DNA of 64,000 nt from the human T2T-CHM13v2.0 reference genome, Homo sapiens: contig CP068257.2 of assembly GCA_009914755.4 (NCBI GenBank), forward strand, positions 44,960,001-45,024,000. The letters are read 5' to 3'. The notes below the pieces were generated by a model. It was not told the origin of the DNA. It saw nothing but the letters and a program-made list of their open reading frames with translations, and ran no database searches. The stretch's first letter is position 1. Each line of letters begins with the position of its first letter. Made by a program: the position numbers and the translations under genes. Shown here piece after piece: positions 24,853 through 40,201 of the stretch.

Positions 24853-25587
24853 AACGCAGGCCCTCGCGGTGGCTCAGAGCCCCCGGTAGTGCCCTCGGAA
24901 GCCGCATGTGCTGGAGGCACGTTGGAGGCAAGGATCCTGCAGCCGCGACTTGAATCGCATGGGTCACGGAGGCCACGCTGGAGCCCCCAGAGCTGGCTCG
25001 GATTGCGAGTTCTGATGGAGTTGCTTTTTCCAGGAGCGCTGCCAGCGCTGAGCGTTCACCTGGTGATCAGGCGCATCCCGGGAAGCAGGCCGAAGCCACC
25101 ACGCCCTTGCAGGGCCACACCGGCCAACCAGCTGTTATCTGCATGGATGAGGAACGCATTTAAAGAACAGCAGTGTTTTCAAATAATGCTGGATAAGGCT
25201 TTGTTTTTTAAAGGTAGTGGAAGTTTTAAGGGTGCCCCGGGGTAATTTCTGTAGTCAGGGTTCCCTCCGGGTTAGGGTCTACACGGCCATGGCGGGCTGC
25301 ACGGTGCACGCTTTATCACTGAGACCTGACTCCTAAGTTACTGTTAACAAGAGTCCCTGGGGCCAGTCAGCTTACACACAGGCCTAATATAGCAGAAAGA
25401 ATGATGCAGGCCGTTAAAACAGCCTTTGGAAAGAGGTTTTCAATTTTTCAATCACAAAGCAAATCAAGCTTCCTAATTAGCTACAACACGGCTGGAAAGC
25501 TCAGCTCCTACTAGGCTGCAAGCCCTTGCTGTCTGCTTTCTTGCATGACCGTCTCTGTTACAGGAAAGGTTTGGCTGCTTTCTAATC

Positions 25588-25728
25588 TCACTCATGTTCA
25601 AAGAACTCGTGGCAGGCAGTAGTAACCATGGCAACAAAGGCCATGAATTCCTGGAAGTCACATTCGCCGTCTCCATCATTGTCCAGTGTTTCCATGACTT
25701 TGTCCACAACCTCCTGCTCTTTGATTTC
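25588..25728 (-). CDS. S100B: S100B coding exon 2 of 2 (aa 47-92, EF-hand 2), TGA stop at 25588-25590
   Basis: Reverse complement translates to EIKEQEVVDKVMETLDNDGDGECDFQEFMAFVAMVTTACHEFFEHE*, matching my recollection of the C-terminal half of human S100B. Confidence 0.95.
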   Translation of the reverse strand, partial: EIKEQEVVDKVMETLDNDGDGECDFQEFMAFVAMVTTACHEFFEHE

Positions 25729-26484
25729 CTAAGAGAGATAAAAGGAGTTGCCGACCTTGTTTTTAAATGGAATTTTGGACCATCAAAACATGATTAAAAG
25801 TTGAGTGACTCTGATAATTTGTGTCCGAAATAACCTAAGAACATCAAATGCAAAATATCAGAAAAGATGTCTCATGTGACCAGGGGGCTGTTGTCCAAGC
25901 AGAAATCTCTGGGGGTCAGTGTCTGGCCCTGAGCTACTGGAAAAGGCTGAATGGAACAGCCAAGAGGTGAAAAACTGAAGGTTGTTATCATACTTAAAAT
26001 ACCTGAAAAAAAAAAATACCATCTAGATCAGCCTGAGCAAATGTCTTGAAATAAAAATAAACTTTTGGCCCTCCTAAACTTTTCGTGTGTTCTGTGTGTG
26101 GAAGTCCCTGTCTCAAAGGCTTCCAGTGGAATTTAATGTTTTGAAAGTCTTCTTTGTTGCTGAAGTAACTCTTGGGAACGTGGCCTACATTTGTTAACCC
26201 TGTATTCTTTTTCCCACTTGAATTGCTTTCTAGGTGTCATGAAACTTTTTCCTGACAGTTCTGCCTGACATTGAAGCCAAATGAATGGTGTGGCTGTTAA
26301 GTGATGTGCACAGCCTCAGAGGAACAACCACAGTGCAGGGCTACAAACGTGGTGGGAAAAATTTGGGTATTGAACACTGATGAAGAGCATAAATGCAGAG
26401 TAACAATTCTCCGGGATAGGAAGGCTTGGCCTGAAGAAGTCAAGTGTAATGTACAACAGCTGCCTTGGCTATAAGACACACAGG

Positions 26485-26790
<306 letters not shown>

Positions 26791-28502
26791 AACATACAGA
26801 AGATTGTAACTCCACGGGGGTAGAGGTGGGGAGGCACCTGTGGATGGGCAGGAGCAGGGCACTAACTTCAATTATATTATACATCTGCTTCCGAACTGAA
26901 ATTACCTTGATAAAACAGGGCAGCAAATGTTTGTGATGCCTTGAAATGCTTACCATGAATTATTTATCATTTACAAATTGAAATTCCCAAGTGCAAAGCT
27001 TTTTCTATGTATAAAAATAATAATAGTAGCTACTATTAGTTGAGCTTTCACTATATGTTAAGCACTTAAGCACTGTCCCGCTTCACCCTCACAACAGCCC
27101 TTGTTCAGAAGAAGAACCTGGGACTCTCAGATCAAGTCAGAAGGCAAGATTGGTGGAACTAGAAAACTGCATGTGTGAGTGGGACTGCTGTCACTCTGTC
27201 GGCTTGAATGCCTGAGAAAACCAGTCCTGGAATCAGATGTGGGGACACCCTCTGCAAAGTTTCAGGCCTGTCTGCTCCACTCTGAACCATTCACGGTGGG
27301 GCAGTGTTTGGTGGGAGTGGGGACAGGAGAACCAGCCAGCGCCCCCTCCCCCTGCCCTGAAAACACGGACTGCCGTGCTGCTGGAGCCAGGGCTTGCCGT
27401 CTTGCACTGAGAGGCTTGGCCAGCTCAGGAGGGCAGCTCCCCGTCCCCATGCAGCAGAGCCCTGCCCTGGTATTTATCCTGGAATAGGGCTTGGTGAGAC
27501 ACTAGTGCGCTGGCTCATTGTCTGGTCATTTATCCCGTTTGTGATTGCTCATATCAGTGACCCAGGAAGCCCTTCACTACGTTTCATATGTGCACACCAC
27601 TGGTGCTTCACTCTGGCTCAAGGCGTGCCTCAAGCCAGCCTTGGTTCTAAGAGAGCATCAGGTACCAGGGGGATCACAGTTCACTTCCATGAGGGCATGA
27701 GGTGGGCAGTAAAGACAGGTGGGTCTGATCCAAGGACAGTGGAGACGGTGGGTAGGAAAATGAGCCCTAATGCAAGGGTCTGGACATACTTCCACCACAA
27801 GCCACAGCGGGAACTGTCTGAAGAACAGGGCTTGCCAGGAGCCCCCACACAGCTTCCTAAAGTAGGGGCCCCAACTAAAGACAGTTCCTCACCAATATCC
27901 GTTACTCCACAGAGCCTCCTGCAAAGCCCCAGGGCTTCCAAAGGATGTGTACAGACCCCTGTCACGCCCTCAGTTAAGCCAGTCATGGTCATTCATCCAT
28001 GTGCCAGGCTGGGTGCCCCAGAGCAGAAGCCATGTCTGTCGTGCCTGCATATCTCACAGTTCTTAATTAGTGCTCAGTCAGTGTTTACTGAGTGAAAGTC
28101 TGGCATATCTTATCTCCATAGCAAATACTAAACTTCTAGCTAAAGCCAAAATATATCCTTTTCCTAAAAACATTCCCAAAGCTTATTTTTAACAGTTTCC
28201 TTTTATGTTCCCTTTGGTCCATGGTAAGTAATGAGTCTAGCATTATTTGGGACGCTTTGGCCTTTGGGACCTTGATGCACCTACTGTACACAAGATGGTT
28301 GATAAGGAAATGAAAACAAGGGGCTCATTTGAGCCAGCCCCACATTGAGGGTTCCGTTACTCAAACAAGTTTGCAGAAGCAGCCCAGGAGTCTTGGAAGG
28401 GAAATGAAATCACCTTCAGGGCAGCTGAGAAGATAAAGCCAGTGTACAGATGGATTTTAAGAGGAGATGGAGAAAGTGTCAAGTTTAAAAAGCAAGACTC
28501 AC

Positions 28503-28640
28503 CTCTAAGAAATGGGAAAGCTCATTGTTGATGAGCTCCTTCAGTTCGGATTTCTTCAGCTTGTGCTTGTCTCCCTCCCTTCCAGAATATTGGTGGAAAA
28601 CGTCGATGAGGGCCACCATGGCCTTCTCCAGCTCAGACAT
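28503..28640 (-). CDS. S100B: S100B coding exon 1 of 2 (aa 1-46, EF-hand 1), ATG at 28638-28640
   Basis: Reverse complement translates to [46 protein letters not shown]. The phase-0 junction to the next exon gives the full 92-aa S100B. Confidence 0.95.
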
Positions 28641-28641
28641 C
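28503..28641 (-). other. S100B: S100B exon 2 (1 nt of 5'UTR plus the first coding exon)
   Basis: Acceptor ctttcctttgcgagcccctag|G ATG (AG at 28642-28643). Donor GTGAG at 28498-28502 (ctcac on the plus strand). Confidence 0.9.
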
Positions 28642-29604
28642 CTAGGGGCTCGCAAAGGAAAGTTGCCTTCTCATCTATACCTCATCCTAAAACATTTCAT
28701 ATGTTATCAATACAGACCTCAACCCAGACAAGGGGGATGGAATGGCCTTGGCACTCTTTTCAAGCTCAGAGCAGCAGGCATGGCCTGGAGGGGCATTCTG
28801 GGAATTTGCACTTTTATCATAATCCTTCCACCGGCCTCTTAGACAGCTGTGGGCCTGCCTTCTCTGTCCGTGTGGGCCACGGGGATATATTCCCATGCCC
28901 TCTGAATTCTGGCTGGGTTGGGCCAACAGGGAAACTGGCAAAAATACAGAGGCAGAGCAGCAAGGGAATTCAGGGATTAATTTCCCCTGAATTAATCCCC
29001 ACAGGGTCCCTCTCTGTTCCTGCAAGGCTCCAAGATGAGGTGGTAGAGTGCAGGTGAGCAAACCATCAACTGCAAGCTGTTAAAATCAATCTGAAAGTGA
29101 GACAGTGACTAGGAGCAAAATAAGAAGACAAAAAATCAATAGCATTCCTATATTCTATCAGTAAAGAAGTAGAAAATACAGTGCAAAATATCCTATGCAT
29201 ATAGCAATAACATGTGATCTAAGACTAAGTTTAGGAAGAAAAACGTAGGTCCTTCCAAGAGATTCTGAGGAACATAAAATGTAGGAAGTTTTTCCTTTAA
29301 ATTCATATGTAAATTTAAATCATTTTTAATAAAAACAATGGAATTTTTTTGGATGGGTGACATGACAAAAACAGCTGTAAAATTCATCAGGAAAAATAAA
29401 TATGGTAGAATTGCCGCAATCTTTTTGAAGAATAACAGTGAAAGTTATTTGATCTACCAGGAAAAAAAAATGTATCCTAAGTTTAACTGATCAAATGGGT
29501 GTGGTTCTGTCGCAGGGAGGGACAGAATCCAGCAGAAAGCTGAGCTGCTGAGCCTGCATTCCACCTCCAGTGTACCGAAAGGGTGGCTCATTCACTGCAG
29601 TGAC

Positions 29605-29665
29605 TGGGACGGCGGGAGGGGGTGGGGGGAGGGGGGGGGCGGGGGGGGGGGGTGGGGGCAGGAAT
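29605..29665 (+). repeat. G-rich low-complexity tract (runs of 10-14 G) in S100B intron 1; potential G-quadruplex
   Basis: gggacggcgggagggggtggggggagggggggggcgggggggggggggtgggggcagg seen directly. The complementary C-run gives the poly-Pro ORF 29491..29688(-). Confidence 0.9.
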
Positions 29666-31278
29666 AGGTGTTTCTCTGCAGCTGTCAAAGTAAGAGCCCC
29701 CCTACCTCCCTCACAGCAAGTACCTTACGCCACAGCCTACGAACCAAGGAAATATCTGGTCAGTCTGGGAATGAGGCGCATTTTACAAAGGTTGCCTTGT
29801 CAGTTGTTTCACAAAACAGATGCGCAGTCAGAGAAATTTACCAGCTTTTGGCCTTGAGTTCTAATCATTAAATGAGAACATTTGCGCTGTCATAATTAAA
29901 AACAAATTAATAAATCAAATAGTGTTGAAAAATCATTCCCATGTTGAATATATAACTTACATCTTAAAAATAATTTGGAATTAGATGTTAAAAATTTTAT
30001 TTATTTCTGATCCTCCGAAGGAAACAGGATTGAAGATTTTTTTATACTGGCCAGATCTTTGCTAAAGTCATTCTATTAATAATCAGTGTACTTTATTTTG
30101 CTCTTGAGTCCCTAAAAATTTGATAATTCACAAATAGAACAATTAAGATGGATTAAAATCTTTAACATTTCATGCTTTCTTATTCTTTGCACTCAAGTTT
30201 TCAATTATTGATATATGCATGTTTGTATGTGTGTGTATTTTTTTAAACAAAACAAGACACTTTTACATCATTCTGATGCTCCTCAAAGTCCATGATGATT
30301 TGGGGAAAAGGAGGTTAAATTGTTTTTCTATGAATTGTGACTAATGGGATTATTACAAAGGAAAGGCATAAAACATGTATCCCATATATTAGAACACTAA
30401 TAGAAACCACTAGAAAATATGGTTTTCTTCATAACCACACTACAAATCAATTAAATTCTTGTTAAATTTTTCCCTTTGACCTAAGAAATAGTTGATGGTT
30501 TATAGTTTATCTTTTAAGAGAAATGGAAATAAATGTCCGTTCCTTTCTCACATTCTTTGAATGTCCTACATTAATCTTTTAATATTGAGAACAAGAGAAC
30601 TTTTGAACTTTAACTCCTTAGAAAGACAAGTTACCTAGCATGTGAGGATCCCTCTAAAGAAGGGGTTCGACCTCCCTGAGAAACTGTGAGACTGAGGAAA
30701 GTTAAAACCCACCAAAACCCCGATTTCTTTGACCCAATTTATTTGTAATTGTTACGTAATTTCTGAGTGGCGTCCTGGGGCTGTGGGGACCCTGGCACTT
30801 CAAACTGAGGGAAACTGGAAAACTGAAGAGTTACTTACCCAGGGCGGTGGAAGAAATATAAGGAGAAAAGGGAAGCATTTATTTATGATATAGGACTAAA
30901 CTAGCATTAGGTTCTCCATCATTTTTAGCCCCAGTGGGAAGCAAAATCTTTACTCTTCAAATAGTTACAGAAGAGGCAATATTTGTAGTACCGCTGGGAA
31001 AATGTCAACAATCACTTCTGGGCCATGAAACCTGACGTTTCTCTGATTTATGGCAAAACACACCTCTAGCTGTCTAGGGCTGATGCAGTCAGGTGTCCGC
31101 AAAGCAGCAGTAATGTGGAGATTAAAACACATCATCCTATTGACACTTCTGAAATGCTGCCAATTGTCCTAAAGGGGCTTTTTAAGCTACCACTTAGTTT
31201 CTACCCCTCCATTCCGTTCCACCCAAAAGAAAAGAACCATTTCTTCCTGAGCGTCCTCTTGGCCTGGCTCTTTCTCAC

Positions 31279-31390
31279 CTCTTCCTTGTCTCACCCCTTC
31301 CTGGTCTCCTTGCTGCAGGCGTCGTCTCTGCTGCGGGTCCTGGGCGGCAGGACTGGTGGGCAGAGGCAGCCTCTTATTCCCTCTGCCCAG
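31279..31390 (-). other. S100B: S100B exon 1 (non-coding 5'UTR); TSS position approximate
   Basis: Gene-strand sequence ggcagagggaataagaggctgcctctgcccaccagtcctgccgcccaggacccgcagcagagacgacgcctgcagcaaggagaccaggaaggggtgagacaaggaagag|gtgagaaag. Donor GTGAG at 31274-31278 joins to exon 2 to give ..caaggaagagGATGTCTGAG, as I recall the S100B mRNA 5' end. The 5' boundary is from memory. Confidence 0.7.
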
Positions 31391-31520
31391 GGAGGATGGA
31401 TGAACCCTGGTGCAGCCCACTGCAGGCCGTGGCAGCCAATGGGAGCCGAGGGCGGGGGTGGCAGGGCTGCCAGGCCTGCACACAGGGCTGCATTGACCAA
31501 GCAGCCCCGGGGACTTGCTG
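31391..31520 (-). promoter_or_regulatory. S100B: S100B proximal promoter: NF-Y (inverted CCAAT) and Sp1 GC-box ~50-75 bp upstream of the presumed TSS
   Basis: Plus strand cagccaatgggagccgagggcgggggtgg (31434-31462). No TATA box evident within 40 bp of the presumed TSS. Confidence 0.5.
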
Positions 31521-34500
31521 GGAGCCAGGATTGCACATGGGCTGAGGAAGAAAAAAGGGCCTGTAGGGCAGGAAGTGGGGAGTCAGCTTTTTGTGCGATT
31601 TCTTTATTACATGAATATTGATGTCACCCTAAAGGCAAGGTTGGGGGTGGGGAGAGGAGAGAGACTTGGATTAATTGATTCAAACAAAGCAAATGTGCAG
31701 CCAAGAACAAGCAGCTTCCAAGTACAGGCTGAGCATAGGAGATTAAGTGGCCTGCAAGTTGGTTTCTAATGGAGAGGCCCCTGGAGCTTCTCTCCTCTGC
31801 CATCCTCCAAGTCTGGCCCCACTGGGCGTGAAGTTCTGTGGACAGTAGTGCTTGTCTGTGGTCAGCCCTGGGCTCAACGGGGCTGCCTCAGAGAAGCTGC
31901 TGAGGCCAGTGTCTGCAGGGACTAAAACGGGTGGTACTTTTAGGGGAAAACGTGATGTGTGGACTGTATCCCAAGGCCTTTCCCTCCACCCCAGGGTGGA
32001 AGGTCACAGACTCTCAGAGTTGGACGATGCCTTAGAGATGTCCCGTTCGAACGCTGTTTTACAGAGGCGTGTGGACGGTGTGCCCCCTTGCTGAAGCCTC
32101 CAGCCAGCCTGAGGAAGGAGAAGTCCAGCTGTCCCCTCAACTCGCTCGACTGGAGCCTCTGAACACGGGGGCCAGTTTATGGGTTCTTCTTCACAAGAAT
32201 GAAGAAGTAGGTGTTCCTTCTGACAAATTACACAAGAACATTGGCCCAAACTCTCCAAAAATGTCCATGGTCCCCAATGGATGCCTGACCCAGCATCACG
32301 TCCTTCTCCCAACCCAGTTTCAAAGTGGCCGTGAAAGGGTTTCCCACAAGATATCTGTGTACATGGCTGTCTTGCTGTCATTGTTTTATCCAGGACGTTC
32401 TCTACCATTCAGGATCTGTAAGTGTGCCCTGGAAATAGCACAGGGCTGAGAGCTGTGGTCTTGCGTGGCTCAGCCTGCCCCAGCCTCCTGTGAGGAACAG
32501 CCTGAGCAGTGTGGTTGGCCCTCACTTCCTCATCGGCTTCACCACCCCTGGCTGTGGTCTCTGCTGAAGGATCTGACACAGGCTTGCTCTGTGAAGCACA
32601 GAGCTTGCCCAGGCCCAAGGAAGGCACAACTGTGCTCTGTGCCCCTTCCTCGCTCAGATGTTGGAGGGACCATTCCTGTAAGTGCTGACCACTTCCCCAG
32701 AGTGGCAACCTGAGCTCTGGATTAACCCTTCAGTGTCCATAGAAAACGCTCTAGCCTGCTCCTGCAGGGGTTAAAAATAGTTTGAAATCCACTCAAGCAA
32801 TGACCGTACACCTGTGCTTAGGGCACTGCGTTCAGCAGGAGGGCCCAGCCGGGCCTGCCCTCTGCACACTGCAGCTTCCTGGGATGGCAAGTGTGGGGCC
32901 GTGGGTCCACCCTGTTCCCAGGTCTTGGAAGCAGGCTGAGAGAGAGGATCTGCCACAGGGAGGAGAAGGGCTTTCAAGCGCTCTGGGGCCCCAGGATGGT
33001 ATTCTTTGCCCAGGCTCCCCAGGAGCTCGTGGATACAACCTCACCAGCTTCCCACAGATTCCTACAATTGCTGGGTCTGAATCTTGGCTCCACCATTTAA
33101 CAGTGGTTTGACTTTGGATAAATTCCTAAGCCTTTCTGTGAAAGGGGTGACCGTAGTCCCTACTTTGCAGGGTTGTTCTGGGTGTTTTTCCCTGACCTTC
33201 ACACTTCCTGATCACCCTGGCTTACCTGTCCTGACCCCTCAGTTTTAATCTTATCCCATTAGACTGGACAGCCACCAGATCCAATCATGTGTGACTCCCA
33301 CATTCACCCACCCCCTGCAGCTACATTCCACAGGAAGACCCTTCGCTAAGTAATGAGAAATGCATTATTGAGTGAGTGGAACACCTGAAAAGTTCCATGG
33401 TCTGTAGCCTACATATGACCATATGGATTGCTAGACTAGACCTCTGATTTCAGCGGGACGATAATATTTCAGAGTAGCAGGCTAAGACAAGGTGGGCATG
33501 TCAGCCATAAACAGCAGAAGGAACACACCAATAATCAGAATGCCTTGGTCCACAGAGATTTTTGGCAGTGGTCAATTGCTCACAGTGTTCCTTAGAATGA
33601 AGAGATGGACAGTCGCTAGAGTAGTCTTTAATCCACACAACAGGAAAACCTCTAGGTCTGGTCACCGAAATACCTAACTTGAATCACCACAGTGGAGATC
33701 ATGGGCTCTCTCCGAGTTTCCAGACCTAAGTTGGGTCAGACCTAGAGCATCTCGATTGAAGGGAGAAGCCAAGGCCCCTTGAGAAAGAATCTGTGCTAGT
33801 GAGAAAGAATACCATAAACCCTCTTCCACACCTTTTCTGAAGTGTCCTGCAGCCATCAACTAATGAAAAGGAAGTAACCTAGATGTCTCAGGGATTGCCT
33901 CAATTGACATAAATTCCTGGGAACCAAAAATGGCACTGTGGCTCACCAGTCAAAGCAGAAACTTGTGATGGTCAGTTCTTCACTTGATAGAGGTTCTAAC
34001 ATGAGACCGACTCACAGGGGTCCCAGTTGGTACACTATTCTCCCTATAGTTAGTTTTCCAGTTCCTGGTTGTATAATTGAAACAAACATACACTAGCTAA
34101 ATCCCCTCACTGGCTCTCTTACGTATGAGATGAGGACCATGATGGTAGGAGAAGTTTAGTGAAAGTCCCAGAACTTCCCCTTCTTATCCAGAAATACTAA
34201 ATCTCTGAAAGAGCTTTGGAGATTAATGCCACCATTAAAGGGTTGAAATAAGCAGGCACTGTGACACTTCTTACAAACCCATTTAACTGGCCACTTTGGC
34301 CTGTGCAGAACTCATATTGTTACCAGAAAAAGGGGTCTCGATCCAGATCTAAAGAGGGGATTCTTGGATCTCACGCAGGAAGGAATTCAAGGTGAGTTGC
34401 AGAGTGAAGTGAGAAGAGATAGTTTATTGAAAGCTCTTACATTCCATTACAGAGTAGGGCATCCTCAGAAAGCAAGTAGAGGAATGCACTGTCTTTAAGT

Positions 34501-34849
34501 GCATATATAGCTGTTTTGTCTATGTAAAGATTAAACTAAGCTGTGACTATATGCAGGCGAGCAGACAGCGTGGCAAAATTTATTATTCTATTGATTCAAA
34601 GAAAACTATCCTTAAGATTTTAGTGTGTGCGTACGTTAAAGCATAGCTCTTGTTATCTTGAAAGCGTATAGTGTTTGGGTATTGGGATGTCTGCACTCTC
34701 TGTTGTTGTAGCAGTGTGTCCTTGCAAGTATCGTTCAGCTGTTTCCTCAGCTATAAACATCTTAGGTCTATAGGTTTTGACTGCAAGAAATGTGCCTTGT
34801 TAATCTCAAAATGCAGCTGAACTTAAAGTGGCATTACTCTGACTCTCCT

Positions 34850-35520
34850 AGGCGCCTGCTTCCCTAACGATATGGATTATGAAGAATGTGGACTATTGCA
34901 AATGTAATCAGCTGGTGACTTCAATTACAGCTGCTGTACCAGATGAGAAATCTCTGCTGGAGAAAATCAACATATTCTCTGGCACTTTGCATGCAGGTAC
35001 TGATCTTACTCATGCTTTTTTCTCAAACCAGTTTGCAAGGACCACCAGAAGCAGTTTACTTTTACCTGACAGGGTGAACAGTATACACTCACAGTGTTGC
35101 CTGAAGGACATGCCAGTTCTTCTGCTCTAAGCAATGATATTGTCTGCAGAGATCTAGTCATCTTGTCAGTTCACGCAACATTACACTGGTCCACTAATAT
35201 TGACAATATTATGCTTATTGAATCTGAAAAAGAGGAAGTAGCAAAGGTGGGAGATGATCTCCACAAAACTTAGGGGCCCTCCACCTCAGTGAAGTTTCTA
35301 GCAGGTTCAGAGGTGTGGAATACGTTGAAATATCCCCTCCAAGTGAAAAACAAGTTGATGTATTTTGCGCCACCTCCTGTGAAAAAGAAACACAATATTC
35401 AGTTGGGCTTTGAGGATTTTAGATACAACGTTTATTATATTTGCATGTGCTACTTTCAGCCTATGAGGCTGGAAGTTTCAAATGGGGGTCAGAGAAAGTT
35501 TAGGCTGTAATGTAAGCTGC
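34850..35520 (+). mobile_element. Ancient endogenous-retrovirus pol (reverse transcriptase) remnant
   Basis: Plus-frame translation carries decayed RT motifs in the correct order: GTDLTHAFFS (DLKDAFF box), LLPDRVNSIHSQCC (LPQGxxNSPxxCQ box), TNIDNIMLIESEKEEV (YxDD box). Flanks 34300-36300 are probably related ERV-internal sequence. Confidence 0.5.
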
Positions 35521-37485
35521 TTTACCACTTTGCTCATAGGATTCGGTAGATCCAGTGATATTTGAAGTGTCTGTGGCACATTGAAATGCAGTGTGGACCC
35601 TCTGACAAGCACCCATAGGAGAATTACAGCACAGAGCTCTGGGATTTTGGAGTAAGTCTACGTTCTCTTCTGCAGCTAACTGATCTCATTTTGAGAATCA
35701 GCATCTGGCTTGCTTTTGGGCCATAACCATGGGACATCAGGAGACCATGCAGCCTAAGTGCTATCTGGTCTACCTGGCCATAAAGTTGGGTGTGCATGTA
35801 ACAGCAGGGTACCGTCACATGGAAATGATGTATGAAGCTGATCTTAGGCAAATGTGAAGGTGCAAAAAGTGCATGAGTGACTCAGATTCCTTTGACACCA
35901 ACTCCTGTTACATTGCCTCCCCTCTCTCAATCCATGTCTATGGGCTCCTGGGATGTACCTTATAGCTAGTTGACCATGGAAGAAAAAAGTTCACCACTGG
36001 TTTACAGATGGGCTTGATATGTTGGTACTTCCCTGGATTGGACAGTCGCGGCACTGCAACCACAGTCAAGGATTATCTTGAAGGACAGTGGTGAAGGGAA
36101 ATCTTCTCAGAGGGCAGAACTTTGAGCAGTACACTTAGTTGCTTACTATGTTTGGAGTGAGAAGTGGCTGAAAGTATGGATCAGTATTAATTCATCAGCA
36201 GTTGCTAAAGGTTTGGTTGGTTGGCAACTTCAAAGGAATAGGATTGGAAAATTGGTGACGAGGAAGGCTCTGAAAGAGGCATGTGATGGACCTCCCTGAA
36301 GGGGCTTATATTCCTGCTTCTAGTGGGACATGTGTGCTTTGTCTTGCTCCTGCTTCACAGCCCATCTGTGGTGCTTGTGCGTGTGTATATCTGGTGGTGC
36401 TCTGTTCCAGCCACATGTACAGAGAGGGCAGCCCTGGGTGACCTTGCAGCCTGGCCTGGGCCAGTGGCCGACCACTGCACACTCCAGAACTTCAGCTACC
36501 CAGCTCCTTCTGCATGTCCACCCACTGGCCTCAGCTTTCCTGTGCCCTGGGGTGTTGTTTCCTGCTGCACTGTCCAGGCTCACGTCCACAACTGGACCCT
36601 GACACCTTTAGTGCACCTAACCCCCAGCCTTGGCTCACCTGTGCTCTACAGGATTGTTTGAAGAACTGTAAATGCTTTGAGATTTTGTTCTGCTCACAAG
36701 CCAACAATGTAGAACATTATAGATGCTGGCAGAAGACATGAGGTTTGTGGGTCAGAGATTACTCATGGCAAAATTAGTAGCCAGCGTTTCATGTTCATGT
36801 TGGTTTCCTGTTGCCCCCATTTTGTCCCTTTGTCCCTCCACTATGATGCAGATGAGCCTAGATGAAGGCCTGCACATGCCACGAGTTGTGCTACAGTCGG
36901 CTACAGTCAGCAACACTGTGCTACAGTTGGCAACACTGAGCTTAGGGACTTGTGGATTTCATAGAGAGTGTTGATGAGACTTCTCTTTGTCCTTATTTCT
37001 GGATATTTCTCACTGCAAAAACAACTCTGAGAAGTGACCTGGGTAAATCGCTGTCAGGGCCTTGCATTCCTGGCTTACATAGCAACAGCCTGCAGGGATA
37101 CTCAGTGCCATGGTAGTTGCCTATCCCAACCAGTGTTTTCCTGCTGCCTCACAATTGTGGACCAGCCCTGGCCTGGGCAACCAGCAAACTTTTCACACAA
37201 AGTATGAACCCTGGCCTTGGGGAGGGGGGTCCCTCTTCTGAGTGTGCCTTCCTTGGTTGTTCTCCCTCAAGCCCAAGGTACCCTTTAGATTTCTCTTTGT
37301 AGTTATTGTCCTATCATAGTTTTATCATTGTTTATGTTGAACTTTCCTGTTTAAATTACTGTGTGGTTTCTGTCTCTTGAGTGCACCCAGACTGATATAT
37401 CAACTAACAAGAAAAATGAAAAGTTTGGTAAAATTTTGAAATCTTTTGTCAGTCTAAAATTATTCTTTAAAAATTAAAAAACCTG

Positions 37486-39203
<1,718 letters not shown>

Positions 39204-39867
39204 TCTTTTTTAAAAATGTTTAAGTTCAGGGGTATATGTGTGGGTTTATTATATAAGTAAACTTGTGTCATGGAGGTTTGTTGTACAGATTATTTTGTCA
39301 TCCAGGTATTAAGCCTAGTACCCATTCATTATTTTCCTGATTCTCTCCCTCCTCTCACCTTCCACCCTCCAGTAAGCCCCAGTGTCTGTTTTTCCCCTCT
39401 ATGTGTCCATGTGTTCTCATCATTTAGCTCCCACTTATAAGTGAGAATATGTGGTATTTGGTTTTCTGTTCCTGCATTAGTTTGCTTACGATAGTTTTTG
39501 CCTATATTCCTGCAAAGGACATGTTCTTGTTCTTTTTTATGCTTGCATAATATTTCGTGGTGTATATGTACCACATTTTCTTTACCGAGTCTACCACTGA
39601 CGGGCATTTAGGTTGACTCCATGCCTTTGCTACCGTGAATAGTGCTGTAATGAACATCCACATGCATGTGTCATTATGATAGAATGATTTATATTCGTTT
39701 GGGTATAGACCCAGTAACAGGATTGCTGGGTTGAGTGGTAATTCTGTTTTTATGTCTTTAAGGAATCACCACACTGTTTTCCACAATGGTTGAACTAATT
39801 TACATTCCCGCCAACGGTGTACAAGCATTCCTTTTTCTCCGTAACCTTGGCAGCACCTGTTATTTTT

Positions 39868-40201
39868 TTACTTTTGTTTTGTTTTGTTTTTTGAGACGGA
39901 GTCTCGTTCTGGCTGGAGTGCAGTGACTCAGTTTTGGTGCAGCCCAGGCTGGAGTGCAGTGACTCAATTTTTGCTCACTGCAACCTCCACCTCTTGGGTT
40001 CAAGCAATTCTCCTGCCTCAGCCTCCTGAGTAGCTGGGATTACAGGCACGTGCCACCACGCCCGGCTAATTTTTGTATTTGTTTAATAGAGATGGGGTTT
40101 CACCATGTTGACCAGGCTGGTCTTGATCTCCTAACTCAGGTGATCCGCCCACCTCGGCCTCCCAAAGTGCTGGGATTACAGGTGTGAGCCACCGTGCCTG
40201 G
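39868..40201 (-). mobile_element. Alu SINE nested in L1, with an internal ~31-bp tandem duplication
   Basis: ggctggagtgcagtgactcagttttggtgcagcccaggctggagtgcagtgactcaatttttgctcactgcaacctcc.. ... ggattacaggtgtgagccaccgtgcctggc. The L1 flank repeats ttatttttt on both sides. Confidence 0.9.

Noticed and set aside
27394-28095. 233-aa plus-strand ORF in S100B intron 2
   Set aside because: No homology cues, no splice or promoter context, and it lies inside an intron of a well-defined gene. It is probably a chance ORF.
28512-29057. 181-aa plus-strand ORF overlapping S100B exon 2
   Set aside because: It is the antisense reading of the S100B first coding exon and the adjacent intron. The genuine gene is on the minus strand with canonical splice signals.
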